Shown: positions 31,972 through 41,768 of the stretch, one piece after another
How positions within the stretch are numbered: position 1 is the stretch's first letter
Layout: each line of letters begins with the position of its first letter
Assembly: GCA_963786075.1 (NCBI GenBank)
Contig: CAWAYA010000006.1
Location: forward strand, 36,075-100,074
Origin: an uncultured Acidobacteriaceae bacterium
GTDB taxonomy: Bacteria; Acidobacteriota; Terriglobia; Terriglobales; Acidobacteriaceae
Reading direction: 5' to 3'
Length of the DNA: 64,000 bases
Notes under the pieces: generated by a model
What the model saw: only the letters and a program-made list of their open reading frames with translations
Told to the model about the DNA's origin: nothing
Databases searched by the model: none
Program-made: the position numbers and the translations under genes

Positions 31972-34900
31972 CTAAGGCACGTTCACCTGATCCCGAGTTT
32001 CCGACGGCACGTACTTCACCGCGGCAGTTCGCTCCAGCTTGTCCCACGCGAACTTGCGGCCTTCGAGCGCGCGCTTCAGCGTCTTGAACAGGACCACCGA
32101 AAATAACTGGCGATAGGCAAAGCGCTGCAGCCAGACCTGGGTGAGCAGCCAAGCATCTTCTTTGTCGTCGGGACGGCGTCGCTCCAGCGCAAACGCCAGA
32201 GCTGACGCCAGGAAGTCGACCACCAGGAACACGAAGAAGAATGCGACCAGTTTGTGGAAGCTCGCGGGATCGGTGGAATCGGGGTGGAAGTATTTCTGGA
32301 TGAAGTACCACGAGGCGCCGAAGGCAAACATGATGTCGATGAGCGGCGACACCAGCGGCAATAGAATCTGGAAGATTACGATGTTCGGCAGCGCCACAAA
32401 TCCCAGCGCTCCCTTGCGCGCAAAAACTCCACTGTGTTTATAGACCGCCTGCAAAACGCCGAAGGACCAGCGGAAGCGCTGGCGCATCAACCCATTCGCA
32501 TTGGTGGGGGCCTCGGTGTAAGCCAGCGCCATGTCTTCGTATTCCACACGGTAGCCGCGGCGCAGAAGCGCCATGGTGAGATCGGCATCTTCCGCGACGG
32601 TGTCGATCTGGTATCCACCCGCTTCTCGTACAGCGGAAACGCGCCACGCACCGATCGCGCCCGGAACCACACTGACCGCGCCGAGCACGTCCAGGGCGCG
32701 GCGCTCGAAGTTCTGGCTGGTGATGTATTCGAGAGCCTGCCAGCGCGTCCACAGATTCACGCGGTTCCCAACCTTGGCGTTGCCCGCGATGGCTCCGACT
32801 TTCGGATTGATGAAATGCGGCACCAGCCGCGAGATCGCGTCACTGGCGATCACAGTGTCGGCATCGATGCCAACGAAGAGTTCGGCATCTCCAATATGTT
32901 CGATGCCATAGTTAAGCGCGTCGGCCTTGCCTGAGTTCATCTTGGTGAGGATAAGAACTTTTCCCGCAGCCTCTTCCCTGGCGAAGGCGTTGCGCGCAAT
33001 TTCGAGAGTGCGGTCCCGGGATCCGTCGTCGATCACAATCACACGCAGGTTGCGATAGTCAGAGTTCAGCGCGGCGCGTACCGTGCGTTCAATCACCTTT
33101 TCTTCGTTGTAGGCAGGAATAAGCACGGCGACCTTCGGCTTGTACGAAGCGATCTCGGCGGGCCTTCCGAAGATTTTCTCCTGCAAGCGGTCGTAGACTG
33201 CAGCCGTGCCGATAAATAGCAAGCGCCCGGTCATCAATATATCGCCGATCAGGAAGATCCACGTGATTCCCATCACGCTCGCGTCGAACAGCCAGAAGCC
33301 AAGCCCGTCAAGGCGCGCGGCCCAAAGCTGGGGGGTTGATAGCGGCGCCATGACGTCGGCGCGAGTCTTGCCGAGTAACTCGTAAATCGGAGCGACCTCG
33401 TACCCGCGCGCGCGGATGCCCTCAATAATCGTAGGCAGAGCGCGCACGGTTTCGGCGCGATCCCCGCCGCCGTCATGCAGCAGAACAATATTGCCGCAGC
33501 GTTGGTCGTTCGGGCTGCACGGCGGCAAGTGTGCCAGCACGTAGGCCGAAATCTCCTCCGCGGTGTGCCGCCGCGGCTTGTCGTTCCAGTCGTTGGGGTC
33601 AATCCGGTTACCCACGGTGGTATAGCCCAAATCCTGCGCCGTTTCGAGCGGACGCACCTGGTCCGCGGTGTCTGGCTCCTCGTCAATGGCATAGGGCGGA
33701 CGCAGCAGCATGGCTCGGACTCCCACCAGGCTGGCGAAAAGCCGTTCGGTCAGGTTCAGCTCCACCTTCATATAGGTCGCCGAGATATTGCTCACATCGG
33801 GATGGGTGAAGGTGTGGTTCCCAATCGTATCGCCTTCTTTGTAAATACGTTTGGCCAGGCTGGGGAACTTGTCCGTCTGAATTCCGATCAGGAAAAACGT
33901 GGCCGTCGCGTGCTCACGCTTTAGCACATCGAGAATCTTTGGAGTCCACTCGGGATCCGGGCCATCGTCGAATGTCAGCACTACTTTGTTGGGACTGTAG
34001 CCGTAGCGGGCGACGCGGTACGGCTCCGGCAAAGACTGAAAAACTTCGTCCGTAATCAGCTTGGAATTCGCATCGATCGTAAGGTCGCGGACACCAGGAG
34101 TGGGCTTGTCTTCAATGCGAAGGATTTCACCCCGGCCCTCCATGTCGACATCCTGGCCGGGAGGTACGTCGCGCAGTTTATCGGCCGATGTGGGGTCGCC
34201 AGGGATGTCCCACACCTTCCACAGTGAACGGTCTTCCCCGCCCAGCCGCCACAAAGCGAACGTCTGGATGCCCAGCGTCTGTGCGGCGCGCATGTGGTTC
34301 AGAGCTGTGACCGCGTCGAGAAACCAGACATCGTGCTGCAGGCTGCGCTCATCCAGATAGCTGAAATGCGGGTTCAGCGCATCGTCGTCGAAGGTGACAT
34401 CTACATCTGAATCGCGCGCCGCCAGCCACGCTTCCTGCGCCGAAACGCTGCTGTCTTTAGCATCGGCCGGCAGCTTGCCGGTCTTCGGCTTGAGCACCCA
34501 GTCGTAGCCGTAGTTGGCTATGGCGCAGATCAGCTTGTCCCGCGGAATAACCTTCACCGCGAACTTGAGATTGTTGACGAACCAGTCCTGCGAAGCGACC
34601 GGCCCTGAGGCCGCGCCGGGATAGTGCTCGTCGTAGTTCATAATGACCACGCCGTCCGCCGGAGCTGCGATCGCGGCATAATCGAACTCCAGATTGTGCG
34701 CGGGCACGCTGACGTAAAGCTTCATCCCGCGGGCATGCAGGTCCGCGGAAAGTTCATTCAGCAGCGCAACGTAGCCCGGCTGACCCACTTTGGGGAACGC
34801 CTCGAAATCCACCATCAATCCGCGGAAACGGTCCGAGGAGAGAAACATCCCCACCTGCTGTCGAAAAACCGCACGCGCGCTGGGATTGTTCAGGAAGTCT

Positions 34901-35481
34901 GTGATTCCCCCCACCCACTCGGTGCCGTCAAAGTTGTTCACCATGGGGAAGACTTCCATGGCGGGGTCTTCGACTTTGAGAAAGGGCATTACGCGATCGT
35001 CGACGGAGCGCACACGATTGTTCTGCACTACGTCGAAAAACTTGTTGGTCTGGTCGTCCACCGCCTGCAGCCGGCCATCGGAAGTGAGAGCGTGCAGCCA
35101 GTCGGGATAGAGCAGGTCGATCTGGCGCGAATAATCGCGCAGAGAAGAAAAGCTGGCCGCATCCCAGGGAACGTAGAATGCAGCCCTGATGCCTTCTTCC
35201 TGATTTAGTTTCACTTCCGAAGCAGGCAGCTTCGACTTGCGATGGGATCGGCTGGCCAACCTTTTCTGGCGCTCACGGGCTTTTCCCTTTTCATTTTCTT
35301 TCAGGGCTCGAAACGCGCGCTTCTGTGGCGAAAAAAGCAGCTCAGGCAGGTGTTCGTCCCGCAGTGTTGTGTACACAAAGAAAATAATCAACGCGGATAG
35401 CACTGCGACCCCGGCGTCGACGAAACGTCTCAGGCGCTTCCAGCGGGCGCGTTGCGGATCGTAAAAGACAGGTTCGGCCAT
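31972..35481 (-). CDS. tri-domain membrane protein: GH18-like + polysaccharide deacetylase (CE4/NodB) + processive family-2 glycosyltransferase
   Basis: aa ~97-415 GH18-like (GLMVDFE). aa ~498-700 NodB (VVLTFDDGPD, GNHTFTHPD, LLHDGGG). aa ~783-1010 GT2 (LIPAYNEE, VIDDGSRD, GIDADT, VAEDADLT, QRFRWSFG). TM segments at aa ~21-40, ~725-760 and ~1025-1130. Confidence 0.85.
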   Translation of the reverse strand: MAEPVFYDPQRARWKRLRRFVDAGVAVLSALIIFFVYTTLRDEHLPELLFSPQKRAFRALKENEKGKARERQKRLASRSHRKSKLPASEVKLNQEEGIRAAFYVPWDAASFSSLRDYSRQIDLLYPDWLHALTSDGRLQAVDDQTNKFFDVVQNNRVRSVDDRVMPFLKVEDPAMEVFPMVNNFDGTEWVGGITDFLNNPSARAVFRQQVGMFLSSDRFRGLMVDFEAFPKVGQPGYVALLNELSADLHARGMKLYVSVPAHNLEFDYAAIAAPADGVVIMNYDEHYPGAASGPVASQDWFVNNLKFAVKVIPRDKLICAIANYGYDWVLKPKTGKLPADAKDSSVSAQEAWLAARDSDVDVTFDDDALNPHFSYLDERSLQHDVWFLDAVTALNHMRAAQTLGIQTFALWRLGGEDRSLWKVWDIPGDPTSADKLRDVPPGQDVDMEGRGEILRIEDKPTPGVRDLTIDANSKLITDEVFQSLPEPYRVARYGYSPNKVVLTFDDGPDPEWTPKILDVLKREHATATFFLIGIQTDKFPSLAKRIYKEGDTIGNHTFTHPDVSNISATYMKVELNLTERLFASLVGVRAMLLRPPYAIDEEPDTADQVRPLETAQDLGYTTVGNRIDPNDWNDKPRRHTAEEISAYVLAHLPPCSPNDQRCGNIVLLHDGGGDRAETVRALPTIIEGIRARGYEVAPIYELLGKTRADVMAPLSTPQLWAARLDGLGFWLFDASVMGITWIFLIGDILMTGRLLFIGTAAVYDRLQEKIFGRPAEIASYKPKVAVLIPAYNEEKVIERTVRAALNSDYRNLRVIVIDDGSRDRTLEIARNAFAREEAAGKVLILTKMNSGKADALNYGIEHIGDAELFVGIDADTVIASDAISRLVPHFINPKVGAIAGNAKVGNRVNLWTRWQALEYITSQNFERRALDVLGAVSVVPGAIGAWRVSAVREAGGYQIDTVAEDADLTMALLRRGYRVEYEDMALAYTEAPTNANGLMRQRFRWSFGVLQAVYKHSGVFARKGALGFVALPNIVIFQILLPLVSPLIDIMFAFGASWYFIQKYFHPDSTDPASFHKLVAFFFVFLVVDFLASALAFALERRRPDDKEDAWLLTQVWLQRFAYRQLFSVVLFKTLKRALEGRKFAWDKLERTAAVKYVPSETRDQVNVP

Positions 35482-35603
35482 GGAGAGCTAATCGTTCATC
35501 GTATGCCGCGGGCGACACGTGGTCAATTCCAGGCGAGGCGTAATTACCAGAGAGGACAGGGTCCGGTGTCGTTGGTGAATAGGATGCACTCTCCCACCCC
35601 GAG

Positions 35604-35659
35604 GATGGCTTCAAGAAGATGGCGTGGAGAAGATGGCTTGAAAAAGATGGCTTCAAACG
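35604..35659 (+). repeat. tandem 14-nt repeat x4 in the divergent spacer between the EPS synthase and GT-C genes
   Basis: GATGGCTTCAAGAA / GATGGCGTGGAGAA / GATGGCTTGAAAAA / GATGGCTTCAAACG, followed by TATATT (35663-35668) and GTG 35675. Confidence 0.9.
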
Positions 35660-35674
35660 CGCTATATTCTCAGC

Positions 35675-37111
35675 GTGCTGGAACTGGTGCGGAAGGATGC
35701 TCGGTTCTTTCTCGCGGCGAGCCTGGCGGCCCTGGCGTTGCGGCTCGTTTTTGTCCTGCACTTTCCGGCCGTCATAGACGATTCCCGCCTGTATGCCGAT
35801 ATCGCCGAAAACTGGCTGCAGCATGGCGTCTACGGCATCACGGATTCCGGGCAGATCATGCCCACTCTCTCCCGCCTGCCCGGGTATCCAGCATTTCTAG
35901 CTGCGATCTTCGCCATTTTCGGCTGGGGCAACTTCCGCGCGGTTCTGCTGATTCAGGTTGTGTTCGATCTAAGCACTTGCTTTCTAATCGCCGATCTTGC
36001 GCGCCGCATTGCATCGGAGCGCGCGGCGAAGGCGGCATTACTGCTGGCCGCACTTTGTCCATTCCTGGCCAACTACTCGGCGGCGGTTCTCACCGAGACC
36101 CTCGAAATATTTTTCACGGCGTTGGCGCTCGATTTAGCCCTGTGCGGGATTGCTGCTTTCCACCGCGACCTCGAGTCAGGGGCAACGCCGCGACCGGCTG
36201 TATGGCTTGGCTGTGGACTGTCAATCGCGGCATGCATTCTCTTGCGGCCAGACGGAGGCATTCTGCTCGGCGCCATTGGGGGATGCTGGGCCCTGGTTTT
36301 CCTGCGATGCTTTGTGGTGAGGTTGAAACAGACATCGGGGGTCGTGCCGCGCTTGCGCCCCGTGCTAAGCGTGGGAGTGATCCTGACCCTCGGCACCTTC
36401 GCTCCGCTAATTCCCTGGACGCTGCGAAACCTGCACACCATGCATCGCTTTGAGCCGCTCGCGCCCCGCTATGCCAACGATTCCGACGAACTCCTGATGC
36501 CGGGCTTCAATCGATGGATCAAGACCTGGATGGCCGACTCGACTTCCGTGCAGGAAATTTATTGGAACGTGCCGGGAGATGACATCGATGTCACGCGCCT
36601 GCCGCGGCGCGCTTTCGATTCCGCTCAGCAGCGGCAGACGACGGAGCAACTCTTCGCCGACTACAACCGGGATAAGGAAGTAACTCAAGAACTCGACGCG
36701 CGCTTTGCCGCGCTGGCGGCGGAGCGCATTCACACCGCGCCCCTGCGTTACTACCTGTGGCTCCCGGCTCTGCGCATTGCCGACATGTGGCTGCGTCCGC
36801 GCACCGAATTGCTGCCTTCTGATCCCCGCTGGTGGGAGTTCAATGACGACCCCACCTGGCTCACAGTCAGCATCGTCTTCGGCACAATCAATCTCGCTTA
36901 TGTCTCAGCTGCGGCAGCCGGCCTCTGGCGCTTGCGCTATTCATTCGGCGTCGGACTACTTCTTATGTTTCTTGCCCTGCGTTCCCTGTTTCTCGGCACG
37001 CTGGAGAATCCCGAGCCGCGCTACACACTGGAATGTTATCCCGTGGTCATAGTCGCAGCAGCCGTGCTCTTCATCGGAAAATCGCATCCAAACCATCGAA
37101 AACCCGCATAA
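35675..37111 (+). CDS. GT-C fold membrane glycosyltransferase (ArnT / PMT_2-like)
   Basis: About 10 or more hydrophobic segments. N-terminal LRLVFVLHFPAVIDDSRLYADIAENWLQHGVYG.. resembles the ArnT/dolichyl-phosphate-mannose transferase family. GTG start uncertain. Confidence 0.65.
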   Translation: MLELVRKDARFFLAASLAALALRLVFVLHFPAVIDDSRLYADIAENWLQHGVYGITDSGQIMPTLSRLPGYPAFLAAIFAIFGWGNFRAVLLIQVVFDLSTCFLIADLARRIASERAAKAALLLAALCPFLANYSAAVLTETLEIFFTALALDLALCGIAAFHRDLESGATPRPAVWLGCGLSIAACILLRPDGGILLGAIGGCWALVFLRCFVVRLKQTSGVVPRLRPVLSVGVILTLGTFAPLIPWTLRNLHTMHRFEPLAPRYANDSDELLMPGFNRWIKTWMADSTSVQEIYWNVPGDDIDVTRLPRRAFDSAQQRQTTEQLFADYNRDKEVTQELDARFAALAAERIHTAPLRYYLWLPALRIADMWLRPRTELLPSDPRWWEFNDDPTWLTVSIVFGTINLAYVSAAAAGLWRLRYSFGVGLLLMFLALRSLFLGTLENPEPRYTLECYPVVIVAAAVLFIGKSHPNHRKPA

Positions 37112-37320
37112 ACAGGCTCCAAAATCTGGAACAAAGTATGTGAGAAGGCGTATTCAAACGTTTCAGAACGCCCAAAACTTTGAAGAATCAGCTTGAACAT
37201 TGTGGCCCGGCAGTTGCACAATATCGCCCTATCAGGTTCCCGGGTCTCCGTTGTCTTCTCTAGCTGTTTCCGGGACACACCATCCGAAGCGTAACGCTTG
37301 TTGTGGGTAAAGGGGGCTCT

Positions 37321-40300
37321 ATGCGTTCAGGCGCACGTGCAGTTACCTTGTTAGCTGGCTTTTTCCTCGCTTTCAGCGTCTTTACTTGGGCGCAGACCGC
37401 AACCACATCGTTGCGCGGTACCGTCTACGATCCCAAAGGCGCCGTCGTCCCGGATGCAACGCTAAGTATCGCCAACCCGGCCACAGGATTCAGCCGTACT
37501 ACCAAGAGTGACACTCAAGGCCGTTACCAGTTTCTCGAACTGCCGCCGGCGACGTATGACCTCACGGTGGACGCCAAGGGTTTCGCCACCATGAAACAAA
37601 GTGGCGTAGTACTCCAGGTGGCAACCCCTGCTACCTTGAACCCCACCATGCAGGTAGCCGGCGGAACCATCACCGTCGAAGTCAGCGGCACCACCCCCTT
37701 GGTCAATACGCAGGATGCCACTCTCGGACATGCTTTTGGAGAGGACCAGATTGCCGATCTGCCCTTCGAAGGGCGCGATCCTGCTGGCATTCTCAGCTTG
37801 CAGACAGGAGTCGTATTCACCGGAAACAGCACGCACATCTCCAGCGCTTCCGACAGCCGGGCCGGCGCGGTGAATGGAGCCCGTAGCGACCAGAGCAACA
37901 TCACTCTCGACGGCGTCGACAACAATGACCAACTCGAAGGCACGGCTTTTACCGGAGCTGTCCGCGAACCCCTCGACGCCATCGAGGAACTCAAGGTGAC
38001 CACCAGCAACTCCGATGCTGACACTGGCCGCTCCTCCGGTGGACAGGTTTCTGAGGTGACCAAGAGCGGCACCAACAAGATTCACGGGTCGCTTTATGTT
38101 TACAACCGGCCGACTTTCACCACGGCGAATGACTGGTTCAACAAGGCCTCGCAACTCCAGTCCGATGAATCGAACACGCCGGCCTTCTTGTTGCGCAATA
38201 CGTTTGGGGCCAACGTAGGCGGCCCCATCATCAAAGACCGTCTATTTTTCTTCGGCGCTTACGAGGGCCAGCGCAAGCGCGAAGATTTGCAAGTCACCCG
38301 CGTTGTTCCCAGTGCGAACCTTCGTGCCGGGAGCATCAGTTATTTTTGTACACAGGATCCAACCTGCCCGGCAAGCGGAGTGAACACTCTGTCGCCCGCC
38401 CAGATCGCCGCGATAGATCCGAACTGCTCCGGCCTCGGCAGTTGCCCGCTGGGACCCGGAGCGAATCCTCTCATCGCTTATCTTCCGGGCAATCCAAACT
38501 CCAGCGTAAACTCCATCTTCAACCAGTACCCCGAGCCCAACACCACATCGGTAGGCGACGGTCTCGACTTTGTGGGTTTTACGTTTCCGTCTCCGCTGCC
38601 CGCGAGTCTGGACGATTACGTCGTGAAGTTCGACTACAACCTCACCAGGGATGGCAACCACCGCTTGTTTCTGAAAGGTATTATGGACAACGAGCGCTCG
38701 GCGGAGCGCAATTTTGTTAACTCCCCCAATACCATTACAGGTGATGGGGGCGAAGAGTTTCCTGGGCAGCCCGAAGGGCAAGTCGAACGCGATAACAACA
38801 AGGGCATCACGGTGGGTTATACCGCCACTCTCAGCAGCACTGTGATCAACAATTTCCACTTCGGATATATTAGCCAGCTGATCAACATCCAGGGCTTGCA
38901 GACCCAGCCCTACAATGATTTCCGCGGCATGGACAACATCGATGCTTTTACTCCCACCATCAATACCCATGTGCCGGTGAAAAACATTGTCGATGACGTC
39001 ACCAAGGTGATGGGCAGCCACACCCTTCAGTTCGGCGGAAACTACCGGGAAATTGACAACCTGCGCGAATCCGACGCGCAGAATTTTTTCCAGGGTCAGA
39101 CCAACGTCTACTGGCTGAATTTCTCTGGTATCTCGAACACCGGCACCAGTCTCGATCCCGCGTCTATTAATCCAGTTACTCAGGAGCAATACTACCCTGC
39201 GGTCGATCCTGATTTCTCCGCGAGTTATGACTTCGCCATGGCGGCCTTGGCCGGGATCATCACCCAGATCAACGCGAACTACGAGTTAAGCAAAACCCTG
39301 AACGTCATTCCACAGGGCCAACTCGTACCTCGCCATTTCCGCAATCACGAATATGAGTTCTACGGGCAGGATGAGTGGAGGGTTAAACCCAACTTCACAT
39401 TTACCTATGGTCTGCGTTATTCGATTCTGCAGCCGCCCTATGAAACCACGGGCACACAGGTCGCACCCACTCTAAGCCTGAATGACTGGTTCAATCAACG
39501 GTCGATAGCGGCAGCCAACGGACAGGTCTACGATCCCATGATCGGCTTCGGTTTGTCGGGCCAGGCCAACGGCAAGGCACCCTATTGGGCCTACGATTAC
39601 AAAGATTTTGCCCCTCGGGTCGCTTTCGCCTATTCGCCCCAGGCCGAGAGCGGCTGGTCCAGGCGCTTGTGGGGCGGACAGGGAAAGACTTCGATTCGTG
39701 CCGGCTACGGTCTGTATTTCGATCACTTCGGAGAAGGCATCACCAACACTTTCGATCGCCAAGGCTCGTTTGGATTGACCACGGCCTTAATTAATCCCGC
39801 TGGAATTCAGACCGTAGACGGCTCGGCCCGGTACTCGGGACTCTACAACATCCCGACCAGCAGCCTCGATGGCTGCACGACTCCTCCTTGCCCGCTTGTC
39901 GGACAGCCGCCTACCGGCCCCTTCCCGGTTTATCCCCCCTCCGGTGCCGCCACTCCCGGCGGCTTTGCCATTACCTGGGGGCTGGATGACAAGCTGAAAA
40001 CTCCCTACTCACACCTCATCGATTTCTCCATCACGCGCGAGTTGCCCTCGAGCTTTGTCTTCGAAGCTTCCTACGTTGGCCGTTTCGCCCATCGCCTAAT
40101 GCAGGAAGAAGACTTGGCGCTGCCGACCAATCTCAGAGACCCCCTGAGCAAGACCACCTACTTCCAGGCAGCGCAAGCGCTGGCCAGGAATTACTATGCC
40201 GGGACCGGAAATCAGAACATCAGTCCCGCGACGATCGGGACAAACTACTGGCAAAATCTGTTTCCGGCCGCTGCAGGGCAGGCACAGAACGTGCTTTTCG

Positions 40301-41418
40301 AGAGCCCGATTACAAGCGGACCTAATGCCGGACTCATCCAGCCTTGCGGGACAAACTCGACCCTCATTTTCCCTACAACGTTGCTGACCGCTACGCAGGC
40401 TATGTACGACCTCTTCTGCAATTATGCCGGCAACGAAACCACGGCACTCGAAACCGCTGATGCGCCGGGCATATTGTCGTTCGAAGCGCCGAACCAGTGC
40501 TTCCCGGCCTGTGCCACCATCAACGGGGTTCAAACTTCGGGGTATGATTACTACTCGCCGCAATTCTCTTCCATGGACGCCTGGAGGAGCATCGGCAACA
40601 GTTCCTACAACGCCGCCCAGTTCAGTCTGCGCCATCGCGCCAACGGTTTGGAATTTGATTTGAATTACACCTACTCCAGGTCAATCGACGATGGCTCCAA
40701 CGCCGAACGCGTGAGTACGTTCGAGGGAGGCGGTTTCGCTAGCCAGATCCTCGATTCCTGGTTCCCCAGGCAGAATCGCGCTGTGTCGGATTTCGACACC
40801 ACTCAAATCTTCAACGCGAACTGGGTCTACGAACTTCCAATCGGCCGCGGCAAGCACTTCGGTGCTGGGATGGGAAGCTTTGCGAATGCGGTCGTTGGCG
40901 GCTGGACCGTATCCGGCCTCTGGCGCTACTCCACCGGATATCCGTTCACGCTGCTCAGTCCGGAATGGGCCACCAACTACGACCTTGAAACTCCGGCCGT
41001 TCCGGTCAGCGCCGCGCGTCCTAAGACTGGAAGTTACATCGTGGCTCAAGCCGGAGGCGGAACCGGCCCGAACGTCTTCCAGGATCCCGGAATCACGGAT
41101 TCAAGCACCAACCCCAACGCTGCCATCAATCTTTTCCGTCAGGCCTATCCCGGCGAGGGGGGATTACGAAACGGCTTGCGGGGGCCCGGCACATTTGACA
41201 TCGATACCACGGTCACAAAAAGCTGGGCCTTTAGAGAGAGCCAGCTCGTGAAGTTCAGTTGGTCGATGTACAACGTCACAAATTCCGCCCGCTTCGACGT
41301 TGGGACGATGCAGTTGAACGGCAACAACTCTCTCTCGAGCAGCAGCAGTTTTGGAAACTTCAGCTCCACGCTCTCCAACCCACGTGTGATGGAGTTCATG
41401 CTGCGGTATGTTTTCTGA
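37321..41418 (+). CDS. TonB-dependent-receptor-like outer-membrane beta-barrel with N-terminal CarboxypepD_reg domain (paralogue of 15780..19400)
   Basis: ATG 37321 with AAAGGGGG upstream. Signal peptide. GTVYDPKGAVVPDATLSIANPATG. VNGARSDQSNITLDGVDNND plug-like block. Terminus ..MLRYVF. Confidence 0.85.
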   Translation: MRSGARAVTLLAGFFLAFSVFTWAQTATTSLRGTVYDPKGAVVPDATLSIANPATGFSRTTKSDTQGRYQFLELPPATYDLTVDAKGFATMKQSGVVLQVATPATLNPTMQVAGGTITVEVSGTTPLVNTQDATLGHAFGEDQIADLPFEGRDPAGILSLQTGVVFTGNSTHISSASDSRAGAVNGARSDQSNITLDGVDNNDQLEGTAFTGAVREPLDAIEELKVTTSNSDADTGRSSGGQVSEVTKSGTNKIHGSLYVYNRPTFTTANDWFNKASQLQSDESNTPAFLLRNTFGANVGGPIIKDRLFFFGAYEGQRKREDLQVTRVVPSANLRAGSISYFCTQDPTCPASGVNTLSPAQIAAIDPNCSGLGSCPLGPGANPLIAYLPGNPNSSVNSIFNQYPEPNTTSVGDGLDFVGFTFPSPLPASLDDYVVKFDYNLTRDGNHRLFLKGIMDNERSAERNFVNSPNTITGDGGEEFPGQPEGQVERDNNKGITVGYTATLSSTVINNFHFGYISQLINIQGLQTQPYNDFRGMDNIDAFTPTINTHVPVKNIVDDVTKVMGSHTLQFGGNYREIDNLRESDAQNFFQGQTNVYWLNFSGISNTGTSLDPASINPVTQEQYYPAVDPDFSASYDFAMAALAGIITQINANYELSKTLNVIPQGQLVPRHFRNHEYEFYGQDEWRVKPNFTFTYGLRYSILQPPYETTGTQVAPTLSLNDWFNQRSIAAANGQVYDPMIGFGLSGQANGKAPYWAYDYKDFAPRVAFAYSPQAESGWSRRLWGGQGKTSIRAGYGLYFDHFGEGITNTFDRQGSFGLTTALINPAGIQTVDGSARYSGLYNIPTSSLDGCTTPPCPLVGQPPTGPFPVYPPSGAATPGGFAITWGLDDKLKTPYSHLIDFSITRELPSSFVFEASYVGRFAHRLMQEEDLALPTNLRDPLSKTTYFQAAQALARNYYAGTGNQNISPATIGTNYWQNLFPAAAGQAQNVLFESPITSGPNAGLIQPCGTNSTLIFPTTLLTATQAMYDLFCNYAGNETTALETADAPGILSFEAPNQCFPACATINGVQTSGYDYYSPQFSSMDAWRSIGNSSYNAAQFSLRHRANGLEFDLNYTYSRSIDDGSNAERVSTFEGGGFASQILDSWFPRQNRAVSDFDTTQIFNANWVYELPIGRGKHFGAGMGSFANAVVGGWTVSGLWRYSTGYPFTLLSPEWATNYDLETPAVPVSAARPKTGSYIVAQAGGGTGPNVFQDPGITDSSTNPNAAINLFRQAYPGEGGLRNGLRGPGTFDIDTTVTKSWAFRESQLVKFSWSMYNVTNSARFDVGTMQLNGNNSLSSSSSFGNFSSTLSNPRVMEFMLRYVF

Positions 41419-41452
41419 GGCTGGGCCGGGTGAACCGCTGGGCAAGGACGTT

Positions 41453-41680
41453 CTACGCCAGCGGCGAGTCGCTCATGCGGAACCGCGTTCGCACGTGCTC
41501 GGAAATGAGCTCGATGGCCGGGCGGTTCGACACGGGATCGCTCTGGGCCAGATATTTCATGGCCTCGACCAGAACACGCTGTCCGTCGACGTAACGAGGA
41601 TCGGACGTGCGCTCTCGTCGCTTAGTGCCAAAATTGGGTGGAACCGGGATGGTAAAAACCTTAGCCATGAATGAACTCAA
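41453..41680 (-). CDS. hypothetical small protein
   Basis: 75-codon ORF, last in the same-strand series serS / membrane protein / LolA-like. No family recognised. Alternative ATG at 41668. Confidence 0.35.
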   Translation of the reverse strand: MSSFMAKVFTIPVPPNFGTKRRERTSDPRYVDGQRVLVEAMKYLAQSDPVSNRPAIELISEHVRTRFRMSDSPLA

Positions 41681-41768
41681 CCTGGATGAAGTCGAAAGGA
41701 ACTCTTAGGCAGTATAGCGCCCTGCGTTCCCTTTTTAGCACACATTCTTGTACTTTAGATTCAGCAAC

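Noticed and set aside
35452-36453. 333-aa ORF overlapping the GT-C transferase gene in another frame
   Set aside because: The product is Arg/Gly/Pro-rich with no hydrophobic pattern and starts inside the 14-mer repeat. The alternative frame gives a coherent multi-TM ArnT-like protein.
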